Assembly: GCA_963693365.1 (NCBI GenBank)
Contig: CAVNZM010000002.1
Coordinates: forward strand, 15,223,615 to 15,287,614
Length of the DNA: 64,000 nt
From: Amoebidium appalachense
Taxonomy: Eukaryota; Protista; Ichthyosporea
Direction of reading: 5' to 3'
This document shows, piece after piece, positions 37,678 to 52,839 of this stretch. The notes below the pieces were generated by a model that was not told the origin of the DNA, did no database searches, and saw only the letters and a program-made list of their open reading frames with translations. Positions within the stretch are counted from its first letter, which is position 1; every line of letters starts with the position of its first letter. Both the position numbers and the translations under genes were made by a program.

Positions 37678-39361
37678 TATATGTCTGTGTGGGCCGCAGA
37701 AACAAAAGATGTTCTATACCAATGATTAATTTTTAAAAATGAAGCGGCCATGCTGATTGGCTGTTAGTATTTTACCTTTTTTTCTTTTCTTTTTCATTTA
37801 GGTATTTAGGCTTGCAATGGTGTACCAAGGAGGATACTCAATGAAAAGGTATGATAATGTATGTAGAGGATATATTGTATTCGTTGGTGATACTGCACAT
37901 GTTTTGAATCTTTTCCATTGATGGGATACTATAGCTATGTAATATGATAATGTATGTAGTGATTGGAGGAAAGGTTAACACACATTTGTATAGAAATTTA
38001 CATGTGGAGTTTCTGATCATCAAAGTTGGCAATTGCAATCTGATATCAGAGCCATGTACACTATGACGTATGATACAAAGCATTAGAGTAGTACAAACAG
38101 CTAGAATGTTACGGTATAGCTGGAGCCGGAAGTGTGTATATGTAGATGTTGTAATTTAGAGAGTTATTACGAAGAGCTGTAAGGCAGTGATGTATAAGTA
38201 AGAGTTAGGCATGCATGCAACATGTATGTAATATAGCACATGTACGTGAAACCAGCCTTTTCACTTGCGCTGAGATGCCGAGGTACAATCTACGAGGAGA
38301 CAAGTGGAACGTTTTCGAAAAAAAAATGAAGCTTAAGTTGGAACATACGTCAGAGGCTGCCCTATTTATCCCAAGCGCTGAGCCCTGTATCACTGTGATG
38401 GTTCATATGATCAGGGAGGACCTTGGTATATATCGGTGTGCGTACGCATGTGTGTGTGTGTGACACTGCCGTGCACATATCACGGTGTCCCCCCCCCCCC
38501 CCCCCCCCCCCCCCTCCCTCCCTCCCCGTAGAAGTTGATTTTTGCTTCCTGCTCCACTTTACAACAATGCTAAGCCTTGTTCCTCCCACGTTTGCGCTTG
38601 TACGTCGCTGTATAAGTGAAACAAGAGGCACAATGGCGCATCAGCCGGAAGAATGTGAACAGGGTCTTTCGTTTGGACTGTGTCACACATAAGAATCACA
38701 ATGAAACTGCGTACAGCTCACAGAATCCCACCGCCCCTGTGCATTCCCACACATGCGCCTCTATATGTACAGTGTGTGTGCATGCTCGCGCGATTGCCAA
38801 CGGGGTGTGTGTCTGAGTGTGAGGTGGTGGTGGTGGTGGTGGGGTTTGGTTGGTTGGTTGGTTTGTTGTCAAGCATCGATGTTTTCTTATGTTATCAACA
38901 CAACTCAAGCAAATACAACGCTCAGAAATCAAGTTTTTTTCAATTTATTTGCCGTGAGCACCAGCTCTCGGATACTAGCGTAGGGGCACCATGCGTCGAT
39001 GTTGAACAAACACGCGCAGGGCATACATGCACACAGTACTTCTCACAAGAAAAAACACGGGCACAACTCTCTTACCACTGAAAACACGTGCCCAAATCCA
39101 GAAAGACGAATAACACAGCTATATAGACATAATTCCTCCACCAAACCCTGCCCAAAACAATACGAAAACTGTCGTACATGTGTGTATATGTGTTTGTGAG
39201 TGTCTGAGTAAAGATATCACCGTGCATGGAACATATAAAAATAAAAGTGTTATGTTTTGTTAAAGGGAACACACTGATTCCTGCGTGTTGACGCCAAACC
39301 GTTCGAAATTTAGATTCCTGACGCCGTGCCGTTCTATTTTTAGGTGCAGCACATTCGACGG

Positions 39362-39468
39362 TTACTGGTAGCCCATCTGGCCCATCATCTGCTTGGAAGA
39401 AGAAGAATATCAGTCGCAATTCACACTACCACTTATACTTGCTCACATCTTCGGACTCCATCCACCCC

Positions 39469-39510
<42 letters not shown>

Positions 39511-40579
39511 ACAAAAACAAAACACGCACGCTTCCATTGGTGCACACACATTTCTTCCATTATAACCGCAAAACTCCCAGCACGTGCCTACCATTCCATC
39601 ACACCTAAACCACATGCCCACACCTTCAAACTCCCCCTTCCCCTCCCACACCTTTTACCCCCCCCCCCCCCCCCCCCCCCCCCCCAAAGGTGCCCACAAC
39701 GATAAACCCCCCTCGACCTACCATGGGGTGGTGTGCCTGGAACTGGCTGTAGTAAGCTGCCTGGTCCATGACCTGGCCGGGCATCATGGCCATGCCCATG
39801 CCCCCCTCATCGTCCTTGCCGTCCGTCTTCTCTCCCTTCACGCTCTGTTGCAAGAATGAAAAAGAAAAGAAAGTTAGTGGTGCAAATAAGATTTGGAAAC
39901 TGAGTAAAGAGCACCTCTCTTTATCCAAAAGTACACACAAACATTATCCAAAAGTACACACAAACACACGCGCACACACCTATGGTTTACACCGTCGATA
40001 TCTCGAAAGATCGAACAAGAGCACAACCGCCTAGTTATGTGCATGGCTTACTGCCTCAAGAAGTCTGGAAAAAGAATGCCTTTTTCATTTACTTTTTTGA
40101 TTCGATCGAGACCTGAAACCGATTTAGGAATGACATGGAGCGGAAGACAATTGCACACACACACACACACACACACAAAGAGAACGGAACTAGAACACAA
40201 CAAGCATAAACAAAGAAGCACAAAGTACATGTAGAGGAGGATAGCCGTGGGGTTCACACATACACACACATACTCTCAAGAAGAGAGTAAGACTAGTACA
40301 CAACAAACAGCAAATACAGGGAGGCGGGAGCTACAACCACAGGGTGATGGTTGTAAGGTTCACACCCACACACACACACCCACACACCTCTCTGTACTGC
40401 TGCAGGTAGAGCTTGAGGGGCTCGATGTAGGGGTCAAAGCCCAGCGACTGCATGGCCCACAGAATGTCCTCTCCGTTGATGGTCTTGCGCTTCTCCTGGT
40501 GGCACCGGTCGCTTGCCGTGGTGCAGGTCAAGGATTTACACACAGAGAGAACAAACACAACACTCGTGTTGAGGACAAC

Positions 40580-40611
<32 letters not shown>

Positions 40612-40928
40612 ACAAAAAACAAACAAAAACAAAAACAAAAAAACTAACCCTCTTTCTCTTTCCCGTAGTGGACCAGTCCCCAGCAGCTCCAGTCCCCCTG
40701 GCCTGCTCCCCCCCCCCCCCCCCCCCCTTTCCACCCACTTCTTTTCCAACACCCGCACAGCGCTTCGCATCGAATTCCTTCTAGCACATATACATGCCTG
40801 TTCCCAAACCCCTACCAGCTCAATGTTTTACACCACAAAACAAGTAAAGAAGCAGGCAACCACAAACAGGTCGTCACAATGACATATATTCCACATTAGA
40901 CAAAAACATTTTTATTATTCCCCCCCCC

Positions 40929-40963
<35 letters not shown>

Positions 40964-41677
40964 ACACCTCTTTGCACCAAACACACACGAAAACAAAGGA
41001 AAACTGTGTGTGTATGTGTCGGTGTGTGTGTGTGTGCAGAAGAAAGGAAAGAAAAGAAAACAAAGATAATGAGTGGATATTCGCTAGTGATGAAGCCGAT
41101 GAACTCTGAGGCGCACTCCTGGACACACTCCTTTGCATCCTTGGCCATCTTGCCACTCTCAGGGATGGCGCGCTTCATAAGCCGTCCAATGTTTGCAATG
41201 GGCAACAGACGGTCTTGCTCCTTAATGGTGGGTGATTCATCTGCATCACGAAGCACAACCGGGTAAGGGTCTCATCAACGAAAAGAACGAATGTTTTTGA
41301 GGCGCAAAGAAAGGACCCGAATACAACATATGCTGAAGAGAAAATATTGGCCACCAGCAAACAGAAAAGAAGGTCGTGCACAAACACGACACACCTTGGT
41401 ATCCGAGAATACACCTTGCACATCCTCACCGGTCCTGCAACCCCCTGCATCAAGCTACCAATAGCAAGTCTACTCTTCCCCATGTCTTACACAAAAAAAA
41501 CAAATTCTACATGCAAGTCTACTCTTCCCAATGTCTTAGACAAAAAAACAATTCTACATGAGTTACGAAACACAACCAAACCTCCAGTTCTAAACGAGAC
41601 TTACCATCTTGTTGGGCACCCGGCTGCTGCATGCCGGGTTGCTGGGCCATAGCCGCACCATAAGCCATAGCGTCCAT
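39362..41677 (-). CDS. NFYB: Nuclear transcription factor Y subunit B (HAP3/CBF-A histone-fold protein)
   Basis: Exons 41677-41605, 41240-41081, 40517-40388, 39844-39722, ~39391-39362; core [16 protein letters not shown]...[62 protein letters not shown]. Confidence 0.95.
40518..41080 (-). other. U12-type (minor spliceosome) AT-AC intron in NFYB
   Basis: 5' end ATATCCAC, branch site TCCTTGAC (40534-40527), 3' end CAC; AT-AC splicing restores the conserved ITSE|ASDRC frame. Confidence 0.9.
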
Positions 41678-44600
41678 CTTGCGTGTTGGAAAATCTCACG
41701 GAAATAACTGCACAGAAAAATGAGTTGACTGTTAGCTGTGGCAGGCACAACCTTGATGTAGAGCATTCACACATAAGAAAGGCCTTAAGAACCTACAGAA
41801 TAGAAGAGGACTTGGCGTTAGGGCCACCAGGAAAACAAAACGAAAAACGAGCCGGAGGTTGAAAGGATAAAGTGGCACAAATACAGATGCAGATGAAGAT
41901 AAAACAACGAGAACGAAAAACCAAATTTTGACTTAAGCAGCAGACAGACGGGGAAAAGTTTCTGTAAAAGCGACGCCCGCTGTTGAAGGCCAGTTCCTCA
42001 ACAAGGACAAAGGTCTTCCACCCATAAAGTGGGGCTACTGCTAGGCTATGTAGAGGCCCTTTGCTGATTTCCCCAATCAGAAAAAAAAAATGGGGAAAAA
42101 AAAAAACCTTGATCAGTTCACGAATCAATTCCGTGCAGCCTCTACAATAATCCGGCGCTTGTTTGGTCGGTTAAGAGATGAAAGACGAATATGTCTTTAC
42201 GGTTCGTTGTGATGGCAGAGCAGCGAAAAAAAGCTACAAGGACACGACTCGAAGATAATCTTGTTTTGTTTGAGAATTTGCCTTTGATAAAGCACGAGAG
42301 CTTCCAAAGTTCACCGCAACCTTGCCGCAAAATCTCTTTCCATGCCATTTCCAACTTCCTCCTGCGTTGCAGTCATCTATCCATCACCCACCCACATAAG
42401 GGGAACGAGCGATTCATGGAGAGGCCTCCGCGTCCTTGAACCATCCACTTTCTATCCCTATTCCCACACCACGCTAACTCTATACTCACTCCCTTACTTC
42501 TCTCTATACAACATACCGTTATAGCCGTTTGGTTTCTTTCAGACCAACACACAGAAAAAACCGTTAGCCAAAAAAAACGGCGAGTGCGAAAAAGCGCGCG
42601 CGTATTTTCCAGCCACTCACCAAACAGAAGAGAATGGTTGGTTGACGTTTGGGAAAAGGCAAAACGACTGGCCAGTTCCGTTGAGGGGAGCCGCCATACA
42701 ACGCCGGCCGGGCTAGATGCCCCACGAATGAAAAGGGCGAACGGCGAGGGGTGTAAACTGGTTAACAAGTGTAGAGGCTAAAATGGTGGCAAATGCACTT
42801 TAGGTCACTGTGTTGTCCATTAACTTGTTCAAAACATCCATTTTGATACATTTATTATATGATTATATAATTTAGGCTTGTGCTGTCTCTATTTAGCTTG
42901 CTCTATTACTATAGTTTTCAATATGATGAAAAGGAATCTACTGCCGCGCTCTGTCTATTGGAGGTCACGTGACCAAGTCCAAAAACAAGCGGGAAAATTC
43001 GGATTTCATCAAACCGTTGCAACTCGAGTGGCCCTGTTTACACAGTTTAGTTGCTAACGTTTACATTCCGTCGTAGTCTGTAAGCAAATCTTCAGTGTTA
43101 AAAGTAACAAAAAATTAAAAACGGGAGATTTATTGGGCTCTCATCATACAATTTGGTCTCCGTTCCCAAAAAAATAGACCCTCTAAAACCAACAAAACCA
43201 AAATCATGTTCTTTGTTTTGTGGCCAAAAAAGCTGGGGTTTCTTTCCACCCATCTAGAATTCACCAAATGGCATATACCTGCCAAATATGACCAATTCAG
43301 GGATTAACAATTCTGCTAGAGCTGTACGTTGCAGGCAACCGAAGATTAATAAAACATAATAGTTACTTCATTTGTATGTTTACTCGCGCTGCCTGGCAGG
43401 TAGGTGGGCACACAATGCCGCTTGGCAAGCGAACGTGCTGGTGCTCCGGTGCTGTCAACTCTTTTACCTTTTGTATGCGTGCTTAGCTTACCTTGATGGC
43501 TTAGGTGGAGCCCTAAGCCCGCGGAACCTGCTGGCATGAACCACACGTTTCCTCCATGTTTTGCATCGGGCTAGTGTCTATGCAGTAGGTGCCGGAGTGT
43601 AGGCGTGTGCGTTGCTGTCTCGGGCTCAAGGCTCTTCGAAGAGCAGCGAGTAGCGGTATCATGGCACGGGGTAGGCTATTCTGCTGCATACTCGCCTCAC
43701 CAGCAGCCTCCTCACCCTCACCCACCCACTCACCCAGCACGCAAAACAAACAAACAAACACAAACGTGTACACACACACCCATACCCATACCCATTGCAG
43801 AAGTTAATTGTACACCTTGTGCCTCCCTATTTGCCTTGTCAGTTCCGCTGTCCTTAGAATTATTCGAGTTCTTGTTGCGTGCACAGCCTGTTCACTCCAT
43901 CGACGGCTAGTTCTAGTGCTCAACGGCATCAGAACTTGGCTGGGGCTAAAGGGAGACTCACACACACACGAGCCAGAGTTCCTCCCCTATTCCCCTCTTC
44001 TTCTCCCCCTCCCCCGTCCCCCAACCACCCATCACCCACCCTCCTTCAGGGCCTTCCTCCGGGCACATGTACATGGGGACGCTTCAATTGAAATAAGAAT
44101 ATACTTTTCCGTTTACACATCAACGGTGATCATGGATCATGAAAAATGGATCACACGTCTCTGACCTACCGTCTGGTGCCCGAATAAATAAACTGGGTAT
44201 TGCAGACATCAAAAAGGCACTAATGTGACTGCTTGCAAGGTCTTGCTTGGAAAAGGAGCAATGCCGAGGTAATTAGCTTGTTCATGCTCATACTTTCAAG
44301 AAAGCTCGTGCCGTTAGCACAGAGCCGCTAATATAGGGAGCCCGGAAAACATATATGTGTTGTTCTGAGCTGTTGAGAAAAAAAAAGTGTAATCGAGCTG
44401 GGGTGCTGTTTCCACCCTCCCCCCTCCGGGGGCTTTTCCCCACTGACATAGTCATAAAGCCATGTACAATACGTATCCGATCAACCATTATTCCCTTGTC
44501 CTCTCTGTTACAATCTCGTTGCAGCCTTATAAAATGTTTGCATACCTCCTGCTCCTGCTTCTTAAAGCCTTCCCCCCCCCCCCCCCCTTCTCCTCCCCGG

Positions 44601-45975
44601 CCCAACCTCTCCACCCCCACATGCACCGGGCCCCACCCCAAACCTGCCCTATCCATCTATCAACCATCACCATCTTTGCAAAACCTCGTTTTCCTTCTCC
44701 TGCGTCAAACCCTTTCCCCACCTCCCACCTCCCCCCCCCCCCCCCCCCCCCCCCCACACACACACACTCTTCTGAATAACCAACTGGTTGCACACATTTA
44801 CAGCCTAGCTGCAATGATTCCTCTCACTCCAAAAGCTGCTTGTCTTACTCAGGCTTCCTCTCTCTGCTGGAACCCATAGCGATCTAATACTATTAGTAGA
44901 GGAGACACACCCAAAAACATTATCCTGACGTCTGAGGCCACAGACATGCTAATGCCTGAGTTACCATTTATAAAGTACATAGTATATAATGATAACTCGG
45001 CCCGGCTCAGTCACACTGACTTTGCAGGAAGCACTTTTCGCCTTCACCGTGTTCCGGGAGTCGGAGGCGGCGCGCAGGCTCGAACATTAAAGAGTCGCAT
45101 ACGTGGAACTACTTATAGTTTTCCAAATCTGGATATTCACATACGACATTGGATGCTCGAATAAGCTTTGGATAGCAATGCGCTCTTTAATATGGCGCGA
45201 AATTTGGCAACTGTGCTACGAATCATCGCGTCACTTCCAGGGGCCGGGGGCCTTGTATTTATAGCACTCTGCCACTCTGCAACCCCGGCACTTCCCTGGT
45301 TTTCTCTTTTGTCTTTCAAACTTTCAATTTATTCTTCCTCGTTTAAAAGCGTAGAGGGCATATTGGTTAGGTTTGAAGGCTCAGGCAGCGCCAGGTGAGA
45401 ATGGACCCCTCTCCCTGCCCACCCCCCTCTCCCACTCTCTCTCTTTCTATCTCCCCCCTCCCTCCCTCCCCTCCCCCCCCCTCCCCCCCTTTCCTTCCTT
45501 CTACCCCCCCCCTCTCTCTGCGACTCCCCCCCCCCTCCCCTCTCCCCTCTTTCACTTTCTTGTCCCCCCTCCCCTCCTCCTCCCCCCCCCCCCCCCCCCC
45601 TCCCCCCCTAACCCCCCTTCCACTTTCACTTTCTTGCTCCCCCCCTCTCCCTATCTCTCTCTTGCTTCCTGTCTTCCTTCGAGGATCCTTCACAGCCTCT
45701 TGCTCCGCATCTCCCATTCCTTTCTCACGTCCCTCCTCTGCTTTGCTGCAGTGATTTACCGTCTCCCTTTCCCATCTGGCCGTGTGCCATACCGTATACT
45801 CACTCATCCACACTCCGTCCCCTACCTACATCTACCCTTGTCTCCAGTCCTTCCTCGTGTTCCTCACTCACACACACACTGAAAAGCTGCAATTACATTG
45901 TTGCGCACACACAAACGTTGTTATCACGCACGGAAACACACATCACACACGCATGCGCGCGCGCGCGCGCGCACG

Positions 45976-46151
<176 letters not shown>

Positions 46152-46216
46152 CATTCACTCACGTGCGCACTCACACATACCATGATCATCACCACAGATC
46201 AGTTTTTTTTGGTCAA

Positions 46217-46468
46217 ATGGACGCCAACAACAACAGCACCCCCTCGGGGGGGTCCAATGATCCAAACCGCAACAGACAACAAACAGGAAACACCAATCCA
46301 AACACCCGCACCACAACATTCAGCACCAACCTTCCCTCCTACGGGTTTTCTGTTTCCTCCGGCCCTTTCCAGCCAGCCATGGCCACAGGCACTTTTGGCA
46401 CCCCTGTGTTTGGTCCTGCAGCAGGAGGTTAGATCTAACCCCCCCCCCCCCCCCCCTCCACCCCCCCC

Positions 46469-46503
<35 letters not shown>

Positions 46504-48329
46504 CCGCCCCCCTCCCCCCTCCCCCTCCCCCCGTTTTCCTCCGCATTGCCGGCAACACACACGGAAGCATCCACCTTGCTGTGCCCCTTCTTTATCCTTG
46601 CTGCCTGTGCCTCCCCCTACTCCCCCCCCCCTTCCCCCCTCCCCCCTTCCCACCCCGGTCAAAACCCACATTCTGCACTTCTCGTACACCAGAAAACCAA
46701 CCGGGATTTCACTTATAACGACTTTGCCTTTCCCCAGGTCTACCAGCCTTCTGACCCCCCTCCCCCCCCCCCCCCCCCCCCCCCCCCCCTCACCCTCTCC
46801 ACCTGCCCACCTGTTGCCCTGAGAGATGATTTGCCCACTCCTCTTGGGGTATAAGTTCTGCATATGCAGCATGCTCTCCGTGTATTTGTTTGAACATGCC
46901 GATTTATGCACTGCACTTGTACACGTGGCATATATTCGTATACCTTATGATCCCCCCCCCCCCCCCCCCCGCGGTGCCACAAGCACACCCTCCATCCCCC
47001 CCCACCCCACCCCCCTCTCCCCACCCCCCCCCTACCATCCTCCTCTGTGCTCCACAGACATAACACCGCCCCTGCACACCCTCGTGCCCTTCTTTCGAAA
47101 TCCAAGGGTACAGGCTTTGTGTTACATCGAGGGTTACATTCATGCGAGCCTTGCACCACTTCACTTGGTTGGACTGCACCTATACCTGCCGCCCTATTTA
47201 TATCTTTTGCATCTATTAATAGTCATCATCGCTGCAGGGCCAAACCCAAACTCTGCAGGGCAGTGGCAGGTTCCCAATCCTGCCGACCCCCAAGCATATG
47301 GTCAGTTTTTGCGCCAAGTACTTTCGCCATTTGCCCCTCCTCAAGGAAACAACCAATCACAAGGACCCAACACCCCACCGTCCAATCAAAATGCAGGTGG
47401 CGCCAGGGGTGGGAATAATAACCAATCAGGCGGCCATTCCCACACCCACTCACATTCCAATTTGCATTCTCATTCACACTCAGCCAATCCCAACGCACAC
47501 TCACACACTCATTCCCATTCCGCCAATCAAAATGCGCCAAATGTACCTCCTGGTCAACCGTTTGATGTGAGTGGTGCCATACAGTATGCATCCCAAATGA
47601 TTGGACAGATTTTTGGCGGCCAGAACCGAATTCCCAATCAAAACACTCCATCGGCTCCTGGTAACATTCCACAGCCACCCAATCAAAACACGCAGAGCAC
47701 GCCTCGGGCACCCACTCAATACACACAAACCACCAACCAACCACCATCACACACACATTCACATTCCCATTCACACTCCTATTCTATGGACGGGAGCGGA
47801 AATTCTGCCAACCAATCCGGCATGAACCCCCCCTCCATGAGTGCAAATGGGGTCCATGGGCCTGGCTGCTCGTGTCCGATTGGGCCACCCCCCATGCCCG
47901 ACCTGTCAAATTTCAACGCTGCAAATGTGACCCCCGAGGAGAGGACGATTGCAAGTGATGCTTCGACTATCGTTATGCATTGTGGTGAGTGTGTGGGTGG
48001 GTGGGTGGGTGGGTGTGGGTGTGTGTGGGTGTGTTGGGGAGACGGTGGGGTTGGGAAGGGGGAAGGGGGGAGGTGTTTGGGTGTGTTGGGCGGGAGGGGT
48101 GGTGTGGCTCAGGGGGGGGGGGGGGGGGGGGGGAATGGTATGTATGTATGTGTGTTGGGGGGAGAAGGGGGGGGGGAGCAAGGGGGCGGGGGGAGGGGGG
48201 AGGGACGCAAGGGGGGGGGGGGAAGGGGGGGCAAGGGAGGTGTTAGCAACAGTTGGCGGAAGAATAAGAGTGTTGGTGAAGATGAAGGCAGGGAAAAGAG
48301 ACCCTCGGGGGGGAGAGGGGGAAAGGTGG

Positions 48330-48362
<33 letters not shown>

Positions 48363-48464
48363 GTCGTGGAGACAGGTGTAGTTTCTTGTGGGTAACTACG
48401 GGCTAATATACAAACACACGCGCACGCACACACACACGCAAACATACGCACATGCCCCCCCCCC

Positions 48465-48501
<37 letters not shown>

Positions 48502-48704
48502 CCACACACATCCACACACGTACGCGTACACGTACAGGTGCCGTTGACAGTGAGGCCGTAGGGCTGCAGCAGCATGCGACCCACCTCAACTCCATGGCCA
48601 TGCAGCGCCTAGCCCTACCCCACATTGTGACCCAGCAGACACTGCTTGCTGCCGCACAGAACATGTTGGCAGCTGCCCACAGACTACAGGCTCAGGTGTG
48701 AAAA

Positions 48705-48757
<53 letters not shown>

Positions 48758-49304
48758 ACCCCACCCCACCGCCCCCTTCCCCCCTCCCCCCGCACACATC
48801 CACCCACACACCCCACCCCACCCCCACCCCACCCCACCCCACCCCCACCCCACCACACCACCCACCCACCCACCCACACACACACACAGACACAAACGTG
48901 GTTTGCACTCTGTGCTGTGTTGTCCGTTGTGAGTGTGTGCTTCGTACTCTATGGTGCACTCAAAGCCGCCTCCCCCCCCTTCCCCCCCCCCCCCCCCCCC
49001 TAAACATACACACACACACACTCTCTCTCGTTCTCTCTCTCTCCCATCGCCACCGTGGCCACCACCACTGCACAAATAGGCACACATGCTTACACAACAC
49101 ACCCCACCACCACCACATCCCCTTTGTTTTTTGTTTTCTTTTTCATCCTTCTTCTCACTCTTCCCTACTCTTCTGTCCTTTTTTTCCTTTCCTTTCTTTC
49201 TTTCTTCAGTTCTTTTCATCGTTTCTCTCTCCCTATCTTCACTGTCTCGCTTTCTTTAATTCTCTCTTTCTTTCTTTTACTTCTTTTTGGGTGTTTGGGG
49301 TGTT

Positions 49305-49340
<36 letters not shown>

Positions 49341-49694
49341 TCACTGAGTAGCCCGTTCCCTTTTTTTGTCACTTGTTTGTGTGCACCAGTATGTAAGGAC
49401 AACAGGGGAGGAGGGGGGGGGGGGTTCTAATTATATGTGTTGAAATTTCAGGCCACAGCTGTGACCTCTGCCGTGCAGACCATTGTGGGCCACCTGGCCA
49501 CCCTGCAGGACCCCCCCATCGGCACACAGCAACAAAGGTGTGAGCAGACCCCTTCCCCTCTCCAATGATAAGCAATAAAAGAGGGAGAGAGAAAAAAGAG
49601 AGAAAGGAAAGGAAGGAAAGGAAAGGAAAGGAAGAAAGATTTTTTTTGCGTGGACACACACACCTAAACAAACGCACACTTGCGCTCGCACGGG

Positions 49695-49735
<41 letters not shown>

Positions 49736-49883
49736 CGATACATCCTTCTGCTGGGCCTTGGCACTTCAGTTGCAGAAGAGTCAATCTGAATCCCATCCCT
49801 CCCCCCTTCACACAACTGTCATCTATGGTACTAGTCTGCCGGGAGGGCGAGTTAGCAAACCCCTTGCCTTTCATCTATTTACC

Positions 49884-49915
<32 letters not shown>

Positions 49916-50220
49916 TTCCCGAAAGGATAGCTCTACTTATTGCGCAATTTCTTTGTGTATTATTCACTGCACATCAGGGTACCATATCTCCCCTCCCCTC
50001 CCCCCCCCTCTAATGATACTGATCTCTTTCCTTTCCGCCTCCGTATTTGCCCCTAGGATGGTTTAGCGGAAGTATGGGCACTCACTGATGACCCCCCCCC
50101 CCCCCCCCCTACACACACACACACACACCCGCACCCCCAACCTTAACGTCTTTTGCCCATTTCCTATCATGCACATAACACACAATCCACACGGATGAAA
50201 ACACACACGCACACACGCAC

Positions 50221-50254
<34 letters not shown>

Positions 50255-50292
50255 CTCTCTCCTCTCTCCTCTCGCTCTCTCTCTCTCTCTCT

Positions 50293-50328
<36 letters not shown>

Positions 50329-51247
50329 CTCTCTCTGTTCTCTCTCTCTCTCTTTCTCCCCCCCCCCCCCCCCCCTCCCCTCCCCCTCTCTCACACACAC
50401 CCACACACCCACATTTCTATACAGCACAACCTCCCCAGCCGCTTCTACAACGACCCCCCGCCCAGCCGAAACCTTTGCCGAGCGCCGCGCACGCTACGAA
50501 TCCATGTCAGTGAGAGAACTGAAGCAACTCTTGCAAGACATGGGGGGTTCTACTGCAAATTGCATTACCAAAGAGGACCTGGTGGATGCTCTCATGGTCA
50601 TATCTCCATCCCGCGAACCGCAAATTCGCCAACAGACCCCCACTCCATCGTCGACCTCTGCAGCAGCAACGTCACAAACCCCCCCTCCACCCACAAGTAC
50701 ACAAACATCAGGCACCCAATTTCCTTCTGGCCCAGGGCCAGCATTAACCCCTTTTGGGGGAAACCCGCCCCAATATCCCGGTGGGAATTTCTTTGCGCAA
50801 CCGTTTGGGCCCCAGCCACCATTTTCAGGAACTTATGGGGTGCCAATCGGAAATGCGCCCATGCAGGTTGGGGTGGGTATGGCCATGGGGCCGGGGGGGG
50901 TCCAAGTACCAGTTTTACACGTGGCTGGACAGACTTTCACCCTCCCCCAAAGCGTTTTGAACGCTTTTCAGATGGCTGCAAACGCAAACGCAAACATAAA
51001 TCCGGCCACCAGTCAAAATCCCGCAAATTCTACAAACCCCCCACCACCCACCAACACGTCGACCAATCAAACAAATGCCAATGTCCCGCCCAACAGTAAT
51101 TCAGCCAATCAACCATCAGATAATTCCGTATATACGACATATCAAACCAATGAAGACGAAAATGGGCACACACACACACACAGTCATTCCTACAGCCACA
51201 GCTATTCGTTTGGCCCACCCCTAGAGGAGGAGGATCATGCACACGTG

Positions 51248-51309
<62 letters not shown>

Positions 51310-51986
51310 CGCCATGGCTGCCGCGCAGGCACACGTACAGGCACTGATGCAGGCAGGCATACCCCAGGTGTGTAACCTCGTCCCCCCCCCCCTTTCCCCC
51401 CGTCTCTCCCTGCCTTCCTCCCCCCCCCCCCCCCCCCCCCCTCCGCCTCCACCGTACCCCCCCTCCCCGCTTTATCGCCCGGACACACACACATGCGCAC
51501 CGGGGCCGCTCCTGCATTCGTCATGTTTGTTTGAGTGTGGATGTCTTATTTACGCTATCGAAGTTCTGGTAAGGGTTGTAGAAAAATGTGTGTGTGCGCG
51601 TGTAGACTAGCTAACACAAAATGCTGTAAATCCCCTCCCTCCCCCCCCCCCCCCCCCCTCCCCCCCTCCTCCCCCTCTCCCCATACACACACACAATCAC
51701 AGCCAAAGCAGTACTCATAGTGCATGCCTCATTCTCTCCCTCTCACCTGCTCCCTCCCCTTCTTCCTAATCACCCCCCCCCCCCCCCCCCCCTTTCCTGC
51801 CTTCCCCCCTTCCCCCCCCCCCCCCCCCCCCTTGGTCACACACAGCCATTACGACTATCCAGTTTACTACACCCCTCCCTCCCTCCCTCACTCCCTCCCC
51901 CCCCCCCCCCCCCCCCCCCCCCCCAACTCTTTCTTTTATGTCTCCATCTTTCCCTATCGCTAACACATATTCCTCCCTACTTGCCC

Positions 51987-52069
<83 letters not shown>

Positions 52070-52476
52070 GACATGCGCAAATGCACATGCACGGTGGGGG
52101 TCCAATGGAGCCTGTTGCAATTTCAGCCACGATCATGACGGGGGACCCCAACGTGCCCGTAGTGGAGGAGAGAGTCACCAATTACGTCACACCTGACGGC
52201 ACACGGCACCAGGAGAGACTGAGGATTGTTGGGGATGCACACCATCACGTCAGAGAGTCGGTGCGTGCACTTTTATCATTAATATTACTTGTAGTATGAA
52301 TATTGAAATTAATTATTTTGATTGTTCATCGCCTTTTCTCTGCATTGATTGGGTGTAGGTCATGCAAAGTTATGCTGTTCTGTTTGTGTCTTTGCGTGTT
52401 TCTGTGAAAGGGTAAATGGGATCGACGTCTGCATTGCTAGCAATTGTTAGAGACAGAGAAAAGACGCTCCTCGACA

Positions 52477-52508
<32 letters not shown>

Positions 52509-52760
52509 CCCTTCCTTTTCGCCACGCTTCCATTGCTTTTGTATGCCTGGGTTGTGTGCGCGCGTGGGTGCTTTATGTGCGTGTGTGTGCGTATAACAAC
52601 GTCTCTGGGAGGGGAAGGGGGGAAGGGGAGATTCCTGTTGTTGCTAGGGGGGTGGCATGCATTCAGATATTAATGCCTATTTTTTTATTTTTATCATTCA
52701 ACACAATCTTTGCATACACGGAAACACACACACACCTACACACGTGCACTCACACACACA

Positions 52761-52839
<79 letters not shown>

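Noticed and set aside
45168-45398. 76-aa ORF upstream of the RING gene
   Set aside because: No recognisable motif; contains a good donor (CAG|GTGAGA) and is more simply a 5' UTR exon of the RING gene.
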